From: an uncultured Bacilli bacterium
GTDB lineage: Bacteria > Bacillota_I > Bacilli_A > RF39 > UBA660
NCBI GenBank assembly: GCA_947626595.1
Contig: CANQST010000003.1
Span: 8,396 to 72,395 of the forward strand
Length of the DNA stretch: 64,000 bases
Reading direction: 5' to 3'
Shown here one piece after another: positions 28,191 through 40,560 of this stretch. The notes beneath the pieces were generated by a model. The model did no database searches. It was not told where the DNA came from and saw nothing but the letters and a program-made list of their open reading frames with translations. Each line of letters opens with the position of its first letter. The first letter of the stretch is position 1. Both the position numbers and the translations under genes were made by a program.

Positions 28191-30197
28191 ATGAATAGCA
28201 GAAAGCAAAAACTAATTATTATAGGTGCTTTATGTCTAGTTGTAACTTTATTGTCTATAGGTTATGCTGTTTTGTCAGCTAATTTAAGGATTAATGGTAC
28301 TGCTAAAGTATCAGGTGAAAAATGGAGCGTTGAGTTTGTAGAAAAGCAGGCAAAAACTATTCCAAAGGGAAAAGCTACTTGTGATATAGGTACAATTCAA
28401 AATACTTCAGTAACAAACCTATTAGCTAAAGTGAAAGTCCCAGGAGACAGTTGTACATTTACTATACCAGTAGAAAATACTGGAACTTTAGATGCCAGTT
28501 TAGTCGATGTTACTAATAAGGGTTTAGCTTTGTCATATAGTGGTGACCAAGGGGATATAGATATAATAAGTAGTTATATAACTTATGATGTAAGATATGG
28601 TAACACACAAATAAATAATGAAACTAATTTTGATAGTATAGATATACTAGAGCCAGGAGAAAGAGAGACTATAATTTTAAAAGTTGAGTTTAAAGAAGAA
28701 GCAACCCAGATACCAAATGAGGTAGTAACAATAACAGGATTAGATAGAACATTTAATTTTGAAAATAAGGTGGGTTCAAGTAGTACTAATCCAACACCAA
28801 ATACAACTCCAGTTTATCATGATGCCAGTGGAGCTAATCAACCAGTGTTAAATGGAGACATGATACCTGTAGTTTATGACGAAACAAGAAAAGAATGGGT
28901 AAAACAGGATTTAGATAAAAGTTATGACTATTCACAACAAGTATGGGCAAATGCTGTAACTGTAGTTGAAGATGGAACACAAACAAGAAGTTATTATAAG
29001 AAAGCCAAAGCCGGAACTGTTATATCAATGAGTGATATAAATACAATGTGGGTATGGATACCAAGATATTCATATACAATAAAGAGTGAAGATGGTGGAG
29101 AAAACTATTTTGGTAAAGCAAGTTCTGATAATGAAAGCCCAACTAAAGCATTACCAGGAGAAATAGATGTTAAGTTTATTTCAACAAGTCAAAATGACAG
29201 TGATGGTTCAGCAAAATATACAGAAAGTCAACCAAGCAACTGGAGAACGAATGATGCCTTTACTTTTGGAGACAAAATATTATCAGGTATATGGGTAGCT
29301 AAGTTTGAAACTACAGGTAGTTTATCTGAAGACCAACAGGCTTGTATTGATTTGAATTGTGATATAAGTAAAATAACGATAAAGCCAAATGTTTCTTCAG
29401 TAAGAAATCAAAGGATAAGCAGTTTCTTCTATATGGCAAGAAGTATGCAGAAAGAAAATAATCCATATGGTTTTAATAGTGAAAGCGGAGACTTGCATAT
29501 GTCAAAAAATAATGAATGGGGAGCAGTTGCATATTTAAGTCAAAGCAAATATGGTAAGTATGGTAATGGAGATTATAGTGGAGCAAATAAAGAAGTTTAT
29601 ATGAATAATAGTAGTGACTATATAACTGGAAACAGTAGTGGTACACCTGATGCTACTGAAATTAAGGGCGTTCTTCATGAATATAATGATATGAATAGCT
29701 TTTCAGGTGTTGGTGCAAGTACTACTGGAACAATATATGGAATATATGATATGAGTGGAGGATCAACTGAATATGTAATGGGAGGATTTGAGTATGATGC
29801 TCAAGGAAGTAATGAACATGCTGGACAAATATCTGTAGCTTCTTCGGGATTTAAAGGTTTAAGTGCTACTATACCACCTGCTGAAACTGGAACAATAAGT
29901 ATGCCAGAAAAGAAATATTACAATGTCTATAAAACAGCCACACCAACTTCTAGCATATGGTCTACAGCAAAGCCTGAACTTGCATGTAATTCAAACATTT
30001 GCTATGGACATGCTTTGTCGGAAACAGCTGAATGGTATGGAGACTACGCTTTGTTTGGTATACGATCATATCCATGGTTTAGACGTGGAGGAACGTACAA
30101 TAGTAGTCCAGTTGGTGGCTTGTTTCTAGCACATCCATATAGTGGAAATTATAATGAAACAATTTCAACTCGTTTAGTTCTAACACCTAACAATTAA
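28191..30197 (+). CDS. paralog B: signal-anchored secreted protein, TasA/camelysin-like N-terminal domain and FGE-sulfatase (SUMF1-like) C-terminal domain
   Basis: N-terminus LSANLRINGTAKVSGEKW...PGDSCTFTIPVENTGTLDASLVDV (cf. SipW-cognate/TasA leaders). C-terminus has NNEWGAVAYLSQSKYG (cf. FGE LPTEAEWEYAARGG), GIYDMSGGSTEYVMG (cf. GLYDMSGNVWEW) and a terminal RLVL. Start placed at the ATG at 28191 after the GGTAGGTGA SD. Confidence 0.85.
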   Translation: MNSRKQKLIIIGALCLVVTLLSIGYAVLSANLRINGTAKVSGEKWSVEFVEKQAKTIPKGKATCDIGTIQNTSVTNLLAKVKVPGDSCTFTIPVENTGTLDASLVDVTNKGLALSYSGDQGDIDIISSYITYDVRYGNTQINNETNFDSIDILEPGERETIILKVEFKEEATQIPNEVVTITGLDRTFNFENKVGSSSTNPTPNTTPVYHDASGANQPVLNGDMIPVVYDETRKEWVKQDLDKSYDYSQQVWANAVTVVEDGTQTRSYYKKAKAGTVISMSDINTMWVWIPRYSYTIKSEDGGENYFGKASSDNESPTKALPGEIDVKFISTSQNDSDGSAKYTESQPSNWRTNDAFTFGDKILSGIWVAKFETTGSLSEDQQACIDLNCDISKITIKPNVSSVRNQRISSFFYMARSMQKENNPYGFNSESGDLHMSKNNEWGAVAYLSQSKYGKYGNGDYSGANKEVYMNNSSDYITGNSSGTPDATEIKGVLHEYNDMNSFSGVGASTTGTIYGIYDMSGGSTEYVMGGFEYDAQGSNEHAGQISVASSGFKGLSATIPPAETGTISMPEKKYYNVYKTATPTSSIWSTAKPELACNSNICYGHALSETAEWYGDYALFGIRSYPWFRRGGTYNSSPVGGLFLAHPYSGNYNETISTRLVLTPNN

Positions 30198-30210
30198 TTC
30201 AAAGCAAAAA

Positions 30211-30240
30211 GCTTAGCCTACACGATAGACTAAGTTTTTT
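30211..30240 (+). terminator. terminator after paralog B
   Basis: cttag...ctaag stem plus T7. Shares the string tagactaagttttt with the terminator at 21077-21090. Confidence 0.4.
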
Positions 30241-30284
30241 TCCACATGAGCTAAAATTATTGTATAATGTTAATGGTGATAGTA

Positions 30285-31154
30285 ATGAATACAGAATTAA
30301 AAACTTTAATTTACAGTATGCTAAATAACTTAGTTATTTCCATTATCAAAATAGCCGGAGGTCTATTTTACAACCTAAATTCTCTTCTAGCTGATGGTAT
30401 GCATACCTTTAGTGATTTTATTACTGATATTGTTTGCCTAATCGGCTCTAAAATATCTAAGAAAAAGCCTACTAAATACCATCCCTTTGGTTTTGGCAAA
30501 GTAGAATACCTAACCAATCTATTTATTGGCATTCTCCTTTTGGCCCTAAGTATCTTTATCTTCTATGAAAGTATTACTGGTAAATCAGTCATTCCACCTT
30601 TATCAATACTATACCTATTACTAATTACTTTCCTTCTAAAACTAATCGCTATTATTATCATGCACAAAATAGGTAAAAAGACCCACAGCAATACTTTAAT
30701 CGTTTCCGTAGAAGAGTCAAAAACTGATCTTTATTCTTCAATTGGTGTCATGCTTGTAACCATTCTTCTTCAATTTTCTAAAGAAGTTCCTATTCTAAAA
30801 TATTCCGATAAAATAGGTTCCTTCCTAATAGGACTAATTGTCTTAAATACCGCTTTTAAAATTATTATTGATAACTCTTTATCACTTATCGGTGAAGTAG
30901 AAGAAGATGGCGAACACTATGACAAAGTTGCCTCTTTCCTAGATGAACACAAAAACATCAAAGAATATGACATCGACTTAATTCAATATGGTTCCTACTT
31001 CAAATTACAATTAACTCTAGAACTAGCATCCACTCTAACTCTTAGACAAGTAACAAACTTTGTCAATAAGCTAAAAAAAGAAATCAAACATCACCGCTCA
31101 TTAAACATAAAATATATAACTATTTATGTAACTAACAAATTAGAAAAGCACTAA
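30285..31154 (+). CDS. cation diffusion facilitator (CDF) family divalent-cation efflux transporter
   Basis: LADGMHTFSDFITDIV plus TM topology and a C-terminal cytoplasmic domain. GGTGA SD before the ATG at 30285. TATAAT at 30263. Confidence 0.85.
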   Translation: MNTELKTLIYSMLNNLVISIIKIAGGLFYNLNSLLADGMHTFSDFITDIVCLIGSKISKKKPTKYHPFGFGKVEYLTNLFIGILLLALSIFIFYESITGKSVIPPLSILYLLLITFLLKLIAIIIMHKIGKKTHSNTLIVSVEESKTDLYSSIGVMLVTILLQFSKEVPILKYSDKIGSFLIGLIVLNTAFKIIIDNSLSLIGEVEEDGEHYDKVASFLDEHKNIKEYDIDLIQYGSYFKLQLTLELASTLTLRQVTNFVNKLKKEIKHHRSLNIKYITIYVTNKLEKH

Positions 31155-31196
31155 AAAACTGCTTCATTGATATCTCAATCTAGCAGTTTTTTTCTA
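31154..31196. terminator. bidirectional terminator between the convergent CDF and femAB-like genes
   Basis: aaactgct...agcagttt stem flanked by A- and T-runs. Confidence 0.55.
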
Positions 31197-32435
31197 CTTC
31201 TTTTTATTGAATTTCTCAAACATATTATAATTAAACTTATTCAAGATAAGATCAAACTCTCCAATATATTCTGTTATAGTAGCGTTAAATCCTAACTTAC
31301 TTTCATTTAATCCACTATAATCATTTTCCTTCTCAAACTCCCCAACAACACCATTCAAGTTCAAATACTTAAATCCCTTGTTGTTATAGTCATCTATCAT
31401 ACGCCACTTGATTAAATAATTAGCATTCAAATATCCATACTCTTCATTAATACCCTCAGCAAATATATACGCCGCATTATCATAAGTAATAACCATAGCG
31501 CCCGCTACAATTATTCCATCAGGATTATTCTTAAGAAGCTCTGTTGAAGTAACTAAACTATTCTTATAAGTATTAATTAGCTTATCAGACTCCATCTTTT
31601 TATTCAAGTAATTATTTCTTTCCCTCTCGTCCAACGTAACATCTTGAACTTTAGATGCCAACATATCATTATCTTCTAATTCTTTTTCATAAGTCCTACG
31701 ACTATTTATAACAAAAGTTTCCGTATTTATCTTAGCATAATAAATATCAACACTACTACCAAAATCATTAACTATTGACTTAAAATATGAAAGAGGTTTC
31801 TTTTCTTTCTTCCCCACAAATTCATATAACTTAGTAACATCCTTACTTTCGTCCTTAACAACCTCAACACCACTATTAGTTGCCTTTCTTATCTTGTTCC
31901 TTGTTCTCTTATCAAATTGTGAGAATATTTCTCTTAAATCTCTATTTAATAAAACTAAAGCTTCCCATCTAGGCTTCTCTGTCTCAAAGAAAAGTGTCTT
32001 TCCCTTGTATTCAAACCCAGCCGCTTTCAAATTATCAATAATAGTATTTCCTTTATTATTAAAATTCATTATAGTTCCGGCATTATCTCTAATAGTTAAA
32101 GGAATATAAGGATCAATCCTTAAAAGCATAAAACCTTGTTTACCAAGAACTTTCTTTAACTTTTCAACCATTTCCTTTAAAGACTCAGCGTTTTCATAAT
32201 TATATAAAATACCTCTAGGAGCATAAGCTATCTTATTATTCATAAAAACAGTTTTATAAATAATTAAAGTTGCCCCAATCAATTTATTTTGGTCATTAAT
32301 AATACCTAGATAGTGGACATTATATCCAAATTTAACCATTAAGTTACCATATGAAGAACTTTGATAATAGTTTCTATAACGATGTGCACTTGCATAATTA
32401 TCAAATTGGTCAGAACTAAGCGTTACAATTTTCAT
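31194..32435 (-). CDS. FemAB/FemX-family peptidoglycan interpeptide-bridge aminoacyltransferase
   Basis: 413 aa. The N-terminal half carries the typical FemAB pattern (YGNLMVKFGYNVHYLGIINDQNKLIGATLIIYK...). Coiled-coil insert in the middle. Confidence 0.8.
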   Translation of the reverse strand: MKIVTLSSDQFDNYASAHRYRNYYQSSSYGNLMVKFGYNVHYLGIINDQNKLIGATLIIYKTVFMNNKIAYAPRGILYNYENAESLKEMVEKLKKVLGKQGFMLLRIDPYIPLTIRDNAGTIMNFNNKGNTIIDNLKAAGFEYKGKTLFFETEKPRWEALVLLNRDLREIFSQFDKRTRNKIRKATNSGVEVVKDESKDVTKLYEFVGKKEKKPLSYFKSIVNDFGSSVDIYYAKINTETFVINSRRTYEKELEDNDMLASKVQDVTLDERERNNYLNKKMESDKLINTYKNSLVTSTELLKNNPDGIIVAGAMVITYDNAAYIFAEGINEEYGYLNANYLIKWRMIDDYNNKGFKYLNLNGVVGEFEKENDYSGLNESKLGFNATITEYIGEFDLILNKFNYNMFEKFNKKK

Positions 32436-32562
32436 TTTCTAGCCCACTTTCTTTTATGTTTACTTAATTATAGCAAGTATTTTAATTACTTTCAATATGA
32501 AAGATTTAAAAAGAATAGTTAAATTATCAAAAATATAGTATAATTTTATTGGAGGATATATT

Positions 32563-35138
<2,576 letters not shown>

Positions 35139-35229
35139 AATTTATTAAAGTCTTACCAATTTAATAGTTGACATATTTGAAATAAAAAAGTATACTTAAT
35201 TTATAAAATATGTCAGGAGGTAACAGTAA

Positions 35230-36507
35230 ATGGAACGTAAAATAGAAACTTTTTTACAAAAGTGGCAGAAAGATATTATCAGAAAGCCCTTAATTATTTA
35301 CGGTGCTAAACAAATTGGTAAGACTTTTACCGTCTTAGACTATGGTAAAAAAGAATATAAAAATGTTGTTTACTTTAATACCGAAAATAATAAACAATTA
35401 AGTGATCTTTTTTCTAAAGAAAAATCAACCGACAAACTTATAGTTAATCTATCCTTAATCGCTGGAGAAACAATTTTAAAAGAAGATACCTTAATAATAT
35501 TTGATAATTTACTAGATAAAAAGATTGCTAAAGGATTAAAACTATTTGGTAGTGAACATAGTAAATATCATATTATTGCCATAACTTCTAAGAAAGAAAA
35601 GCTAAATGATTTTAAAGGTGAAGAACTACAATTTAAAAGTATGTATGAAATGGACTTTGAAGAATACCTATGGGCTCATGACGAAAAAAGTCTAGCAGAA
35701 TTAATAAAAGATGCTTTTAATAAACATAAAACTTGTCCTTTTCATAAAGTTGCTCTTGATATGTTTCAAGAATACCTATCAACAGGAGGTCTACCTGAAG
35801 TAGTCCTAGCGTCCATCAATGGTAAAAGTTTTTATGAAATAGATGCTATTAAACAAAAAATAATAGATGTTTATAAAAAAGAAATAGCTCTAAATAAAAT
35901 CTTAATTGATATTCCAAGAGGTATAGAAGTATTTAGTTCTTTACCAGAACAACTAAAAAAAGATAATAAAAAATTCCAATATGGCGTTATGGGTACCGGT
36001 AAAAGAGCTAAAGAATATGAAAGCACCATTAATTACTTAGTAAATAATCAATTAGTTTATCGAAGTTTCAAAATAAAAACTGTTAAATCACCTCTTAGTA
36101 GTTGCCGAGAAAAAGATAGTTTTAAATTATATTTACCTGACGATGGCTTATTATTTACTATGCTTCATTTGAATAATAAACAGCTATTAATAGATGAAAA
36201 AATAAAACAAACTTTATATGAAAATCATATCGCTAAAACTTTAGTAGAAAGTGAATATTCTCTATATTACTACCAATCTGATGGAAAAGCTGAAGTAAAT
36301 TTTGTTTTACAAAATAGAATGGGTCAAATCATACCTATAGAGCTTGCTACTAAATCTATGTCTAAAGCTAAAGCTTTATCTGTTTTTATGAAAAAATTTA
36401 CTGTTAAACAAGCTTATCGTGTTACTGAGAATAATTTCTCTACTAAAAAAGATGTTAGATATATCCCAATATATGCAATATTTTGCTTAAATGAAACTAA
36501 ACTATAG
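35230..36507 (+). CDS. AAA+ ATPase of the DUF4143 / AAA_14 family
   Basis: Walker A IIYGAKQIGKTF. 425 aa, characteristic of this stand-alone ATP-binding family. Inserted between eno and gpmI. Confidence 0.75.
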   Translation: MERKIETFLQKWQKDIIRKPLIIYGAKQIGKTFTVLDYGKKEYKNVVYFNTENNKQLSDLFSKEKSTDKLIVNLSLIAGETILKEDTLIIFDNLLDKKIAKGLKLFGSEHSKYHIIAITSKKEKLNDFKGEELQFKSMYEMDFEEYLWAHDEKSLAELIKDAFNKHKTCPFHKVALDMFQEYLSTGGLPEVVLASINGKSFYEIDAIKQKIIDVYKKEIALNKILIDIPRGIEVFSSLPEQLKKDNKKFQYGVMGTGKRAKEYESTINYLVNNQLVYRSFKIKTVKSPLSSCREKDSFKLYLPDDGLLFTMLHLNNKQLLIDEKIKQTLYENHIAKTLVESEYSLYYYQSDGKAEVNFVLQNRMGQIIPIELATKSMSKAKALSVFMKKFTVKQAYRVTENNFSTKKDVRYIPIYAIFCLNETKL

Positions 36508-36516
36508 GAGGAACAA

Positions 36517-38013
36517 ATGCAACCATTATTACTTACAATTTTAGATGGATATGGACTAAGAGAAGAAAAACATGGTAATGCCGTAGAACTTGCTAATAAC
36601 AAGATGTTTAACTATCTATGGAACAATTTTCCTCATACTACCTTACAAGCATCAGGAAGAGAAGTAGGTCTACCTATGGGTCAAATGGGAAATAGTGAAG
36701 TAGGTCATACTAATATAGGAGCTGGTCGCTTAGTCTATCAACCTCTTGAACTTATAAATAAAGCTATTAGAGAAAAAACATTTTTTACTAATGAAAAACT
36801 CTTAGAGACAATAAATCACGTTAAAAAGAATAATTCCAAACTTCATATTATGGGCCTTATCAGTGATGGAGGAGTTCATTCTCATATTAACCATTTACTT
36901 GCGCTCCTTGATATGTGTAAAGAACAAAATCTATCTTCTGTTTATTTACATTTATTTACTGATGGTAGAGATACATCTCCTACTAGTAGTTATTCCTATA
37001 TCAAAAAAGTTGAAGACAAAATTAATGAACTAGGTATAGGAACCATCACAACTATTAGTGGTAGATACTATGCTATGGATAGAGATAATAATTATGACAG
37101 ATTAAAAAAAGCTTATGATACTATTGTTTATGGTAGAGGAATAGAAATATCTTCTATTAAAGACTATATTAATGAAAGCTATAAGAAAAATATAACTGAT
37201 GAATTCCTAGAACCAGCTATCTTAAATAAAAATGGTCTTTTAGAGGATAATGATGGTATTATTGTATTTAACTTTAGAAAAGATAGATTACGTGAAATGT
37301 TTACAGCTATTACTAATCCTGAATTTAATGATATGGAAGTAAAACGCTTTTCTAATGTTAAAACAACTACTATGTTACCTGTTGTTAAAAGTGTTATTGC
37401 TGAACATGCCTTTAATGACCAAGTACTTGTTAATAGTCTAGGAGAATATCTTGCTAAAAATAATTTATCCCAACTACGTATTGCTGAAACAGAAAAGTAT
37501 GCTCATGTAACATTTTTCTTTGATGGTGGTAAAGAAGTAGATTATCCTAATGAAAAGAAAATACTAATACCATCTCCTAAAGTCGCAACATATGATTTAA
37601 AACCAGAAATGAGTGCTTACTTAGTAACAGATGCTCTCCTAAAAGAAATGGAAAACTTTGATGTAATTATCTTAAACTTTGCTAATGGTGATATGCTTGG
37701 TCATACGGGAGTATTAGAAGCTGCTATTAAAGGAGTAGAAGTAGTAGACGAATGCTTAGAAAAAATTTATAATAAAATACAACAATTAAATGGAACAATG
37801 ATAATTACTGCTGATCATGGTAATTGTGAAGAAATGCTTGATAAAAATAATAATGTTTTAACATCTCATACTACTAATCTAGTTCCATTTATTGTAATTA
37901 AAAAAGGAATAAGTCTAAATAGTGGAAAACTTGGTGATATTGCCCCAACAATTTTAGATTTACTTAATATAGAAAAACCAAAAGAAATGACTGGAAACAG
38001 TTTAATAAAATAA
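36517..38013 (+). CDS. gpmI: 2,3-bisphosphoglycerate-independent phosphoglycerate mutase
   Basis: LLTILDGYGL...NSEVGHTNIGAGR...TDGRDT motifs. 498 aa. Confidence 0.95.
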   Translation: MQPLLLTILDGYGLREEKHGNAVELANNKMFNYLWNNFPHTTLQASGREVGLPMGQMGNSEVGHTNIGAGRLVYQPLELINKAIREKTFFTNEKLLETINHVKKNNSKLHIMGLISDGGVHSHINHLLALLDMCKEQNLSSVYLHLFTDGRDTSPTSSYSYIKKVEDKINELGIGTITTISGRYYAMDRDNNYDRLKKAYDTIVYGRGIEISSIKDYINESYKKNITDEFLEPAILNKNGLLEDNDGIIVFNFRKDRLREMFTAITNPEFNDMEVKRFSNVKTTTMLPVVKSVIAEHAFNDQVLVNSLGEYLAKNNLSQLRIAETEKYAHVTFFFDGGKEVDYPNEKKILIPSPKVATYDLKPEMSAYLVTDALLKEMENFDVIILNFANGDMLGHTGVLEAAIKGVEVVDECLEKIYNKIQQLNGTMIITADHGNCEEMLDKNNNVLTSHTTNLVPFIVIKKGISLNSGKLGDIAPTILDLLNIEKPKEMTGNSLIK

Positions 38014-38023
38014 GGAGAAAGAT

Positions 38024-38236
38024 ATGAAAGAAGAACAAATTAAAAAAGTAAGAATGTACTTAAAAGTAATTGGTTTAAGTGATGAGGAGATTAATAAGCA
38101 ATTATCTAATGAACCTTTAATGGAAGCTTACCTTTCCCAAGTAAATTCTTATGAAGAAAATATGCGTCATATTATGGTCGGTGAAATGCTAAAAGACGAT
38201 AATATACAAGTAAATCAAACTAGTAAAAGCAAATAA
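38024..38236 (+). CDS. small hypothetical protein
   Basis: 70-aa ORF with an AAGGAG SD. Confidence 0.4.
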   Translation: MKEEQIKKVRMYLKVIGLSDEEINKQLSNEPLMEAYLSQVNSYEENMRHIMVGEMLKDDNIQVNQTSKSK

Positions 38237-38287
38237 TCCTTGCTTTTTCTATGAAAAAAATTATAATATATGAAAGGAGGTTTAATT

Positions 38288-38695
38288 ATGGCTGAAGACA
38301 AGAAGTTAGGAAAGATAAGAAGTGAAGCTAATGCTTTTAAAGAATTTATCTCTCGTGGTAACGTTGTAGATATGGCTGTCGGTGTTATTGCTGGTAGTGC
38401 ATTTGGTAAAATAGTAACTAGTCTAGTTAATGATATGTTAATGCCTGCTATTGGAGTATTACTAGGTGGTTTAGACTTTTCAAGCTTAAGTTTCAAAATA
38501 TCTGATGCTACTATTGCTTATGGTAACTTTATCCAAGCAATTATTGATTTTCTAATTATATCTTTCTGTATCTTTACTATGGTAAGATTATTTGATAAGT
38601 TAAAGAAACATGAAGAAAAACAAGAAGAAGAAAAGAAAAGTGACGAAGTAGTTTTATTAGAAGAAATAAGAGATTTATTAAAGAATAAAAAATAA
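38288..38695 (+). CDS. mscL: large-conductance mechanosensitive channel
   Basis: [34 protein letters not shown] before the ATG at 38288. Confidence 0.9.
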   Translation: MAEDKKLGKIRSEANAFKEFISRGNVVDMAVGVIAGSAFGKIVTSLVNDMLMPAIGVLLGGLDFSSLSFKISDATIAYGNFIQAIIDFLIISFCIFTMVRLFDKLKKHEEKQEEEKKSDEVVLLEEIRDLLKNKK

Positions 38696-38760
38696 ATCTT
38701 TTTTTTGACAATTAGTTCAAAATGTGATAAATTAACTACTGAGAAAATTAGGTGGTTATT

Positions 38761-39741
38761 ATGTCTTTTAAGATAGGAAATATTGAAATTAAAAATAAAA
38801 TAGTAATGGCTCCCATGGCAGGAATAAGTGATGCTAGTTACATGAAGATATGCGAAGAAATGGGCGTAGGGTTTGCTATTACTGAACTAATTAGTAGTGA
38901 AGCTATTATTAGAAATAATAAAAAGACTTTTGATATGTTAAATGGACTTGATACTTTAAATATACCAGTAGCTGTTCAACTATTTGGTTCAAATCCTGAT
39001 GTAATGGCTAAAGCTGCCATGATTTTAGTTAACTCCTATAAAGTTAAATTAATTGATATAAATATGGGATGTCCTGTTCCTAAAGTAGCCCTAAGGGCAA
39101 ATGCTGGTTCAGCTCTTTTAAAAGATGTAAATAAAGTCTATGATATGGTTAAAAAAGTAGTAGAAAGCGTAAATGTACCAGTTACTGTTAAAATTAGAAG
39201 TGGTTGGGATAGTAACAGTATTAATGCTGTAGAAGTAGCTAAAGCCATTGAAAAAGCTGGAGCTAGTGCTATTACTGTTCACCCTCGAACTAGAAAAGAA
39301 GGTTATAGTGGAAAAGCTGATTGGAGTATTATTAAAAAAGTAAAAGAAAATGTAAATATTCCTGTTATTGGTAATGGCGATATCAAAAAGAAAGAAGACG
39401 TAGAAAGAATGCTAAAAGAAACTAACTGTGATGCTGTTATGATAGGAAGAGCTCTTCTAGGTAATCCTTGGCTTATCAAAAATAGTATTAATTACTTAGA
39501 AGGAAAAAAAGAAGTAGAAGTATCTATTAAAGAAAGAATTGCCACTGTAAAAAAGCATTTAAACTACTTAGTAGAATTTAAAGGAGAGAAAATAGCAGCC
39601 CTAGAAATAAGAAATCATATAGCTTGGTATTTTAAAGGTATAAGTTTTTCTAATATTATTAAAAATAAAGTCTATCAAACTTCTAATATTCATGATATAA
39701 TCAATATATTAAATGAATTTGAGGAGGGAAACTATGAATAA
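38761..39741 (+). CDS. dus: tRNA-dihydrouridine synthase (DusB-like)
   Basis: MAPMAGISD...NMGCPVPKV...HPRTR motifs. Confidence 0.9.
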   Translation: MSFKIGNIEIKNKIVMAPMAGISDASYMKICEEMGVGFAITELISSEAIIRNNKKTFDMLNGLDTLNIPVAVQLFGSNPDVMAKAAMILVNSYKVKLIDINMGCPVPKVALRANAGSALLKDVNKVYDMVKKVVESVNVPVTVKIRSGWDSNSINAVEVAKAIEKAGASAITVHPRTRKEGYSGKADWSIIKKVKENVNIPVIGNGDIKKKEDVERMLKETNCDAVMIGRALLGNPWLIKNSINYLEGKKEVEVSIKERIATVKKHLNYLVEFKGEKIAALEIRNHIAWYFKGISFSNIIKNKVYQTSNIHDIINILNEFEEGNYE

Positions 39742-40546
39742 CGAAGAAGAAAAGAAAAAGAAAACAACAACTAAAAAAACGACTTCTAAAAAAGGAAGTA
39801 AAACAACTACTACTAAAAAGAAAACTACTAAGAAAGAAAATGTTACCAAAAAAGACTTAGTAGAAGAAGTTAAGGAAGAAAAAGTTAAACCAGAAGAAGG
39901 AAAAGAAGAAATAAAAGAAGAAGTAATAGAGGCAAAACCAGTAAAAGAAGAAAAGAAGGATAAAAAAGCTACTTTATTACAAAGAGCTATAGCCTTTATT
40001 CTAGATATTTTTATTGTATCACTTATATCTTCTTTAATAGCTTTTCCATTTGTAGATAATGATAAAGCTGAAAAATTAAGTAATGAAACAACTGAAGTTG
40101 TTCAAAAATATGTAGATGGTGACATGAGTTTAAAAACTTATAGTACTGAAATGGCTGATATAACATATCAAATGGCTAAATCTAATGGTACTGTAACATT
40201 AGTAACCTTAGTCTGTGAAATTTTATACTTTGTTGTCTTCCAACTATATAATAATGGCCAAACTATTGGTAAAAAAGTATTAAGAATAAAAGTAGTTTCA
40301 GATAATAAAAATTTAACTATGAACCAAATGATATGTCGCTCTTTAATTGTAAACTCTATTTTACTTGAAATAATATCATTCTGCTTTATGCTATTTGCAG
40401 GTAAAACAATTTACTTTTATGGAGTAGCAATTTTTGAAATGATACAATACGTGGTATTAATCATTTCTATATGTATGATTATGGGTAGCAAAGAAGGTAA
40501 AGGAGTACATGACCGCCTAGCCCATACTAGAGTTATTAGATTATAA
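39734..40546 (+). CDS. RDD-family membrane protein with a Lys/Glu-rich N-terminal tail
   Basis: TM helices plus the C-terminal ...GVHDRLAHTRVI RDD signature. 8-nt overlap with dus. Confidence 0.7.
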   Translation: MNNEEEKKKKTTTKKTTSKKGSKTTTTKKKTTKKENVTKKDLVEEVKEEKVKPEEGKEEIKEEVIEAKPVKEEKKDKKATLLQRAIAFILDIFIVSLISSLIAFPFVDNDKAEKLSNETTEVVQKYVDGDMSLKTYSTEMADITYQMAKSNGTVTLVTLVCEILYFVVFQLYNNGQTIGKKVLRIKVVSDNKNLTMNQMICRSLIVNSILLEIISFCFMLFAGKTIYFYGVAIFEMIQYVVLIISICMIMGSKEGKGVHDRLAHTRVIRL

Positions 40547-40560
40547 AGTGAGGAATATAA

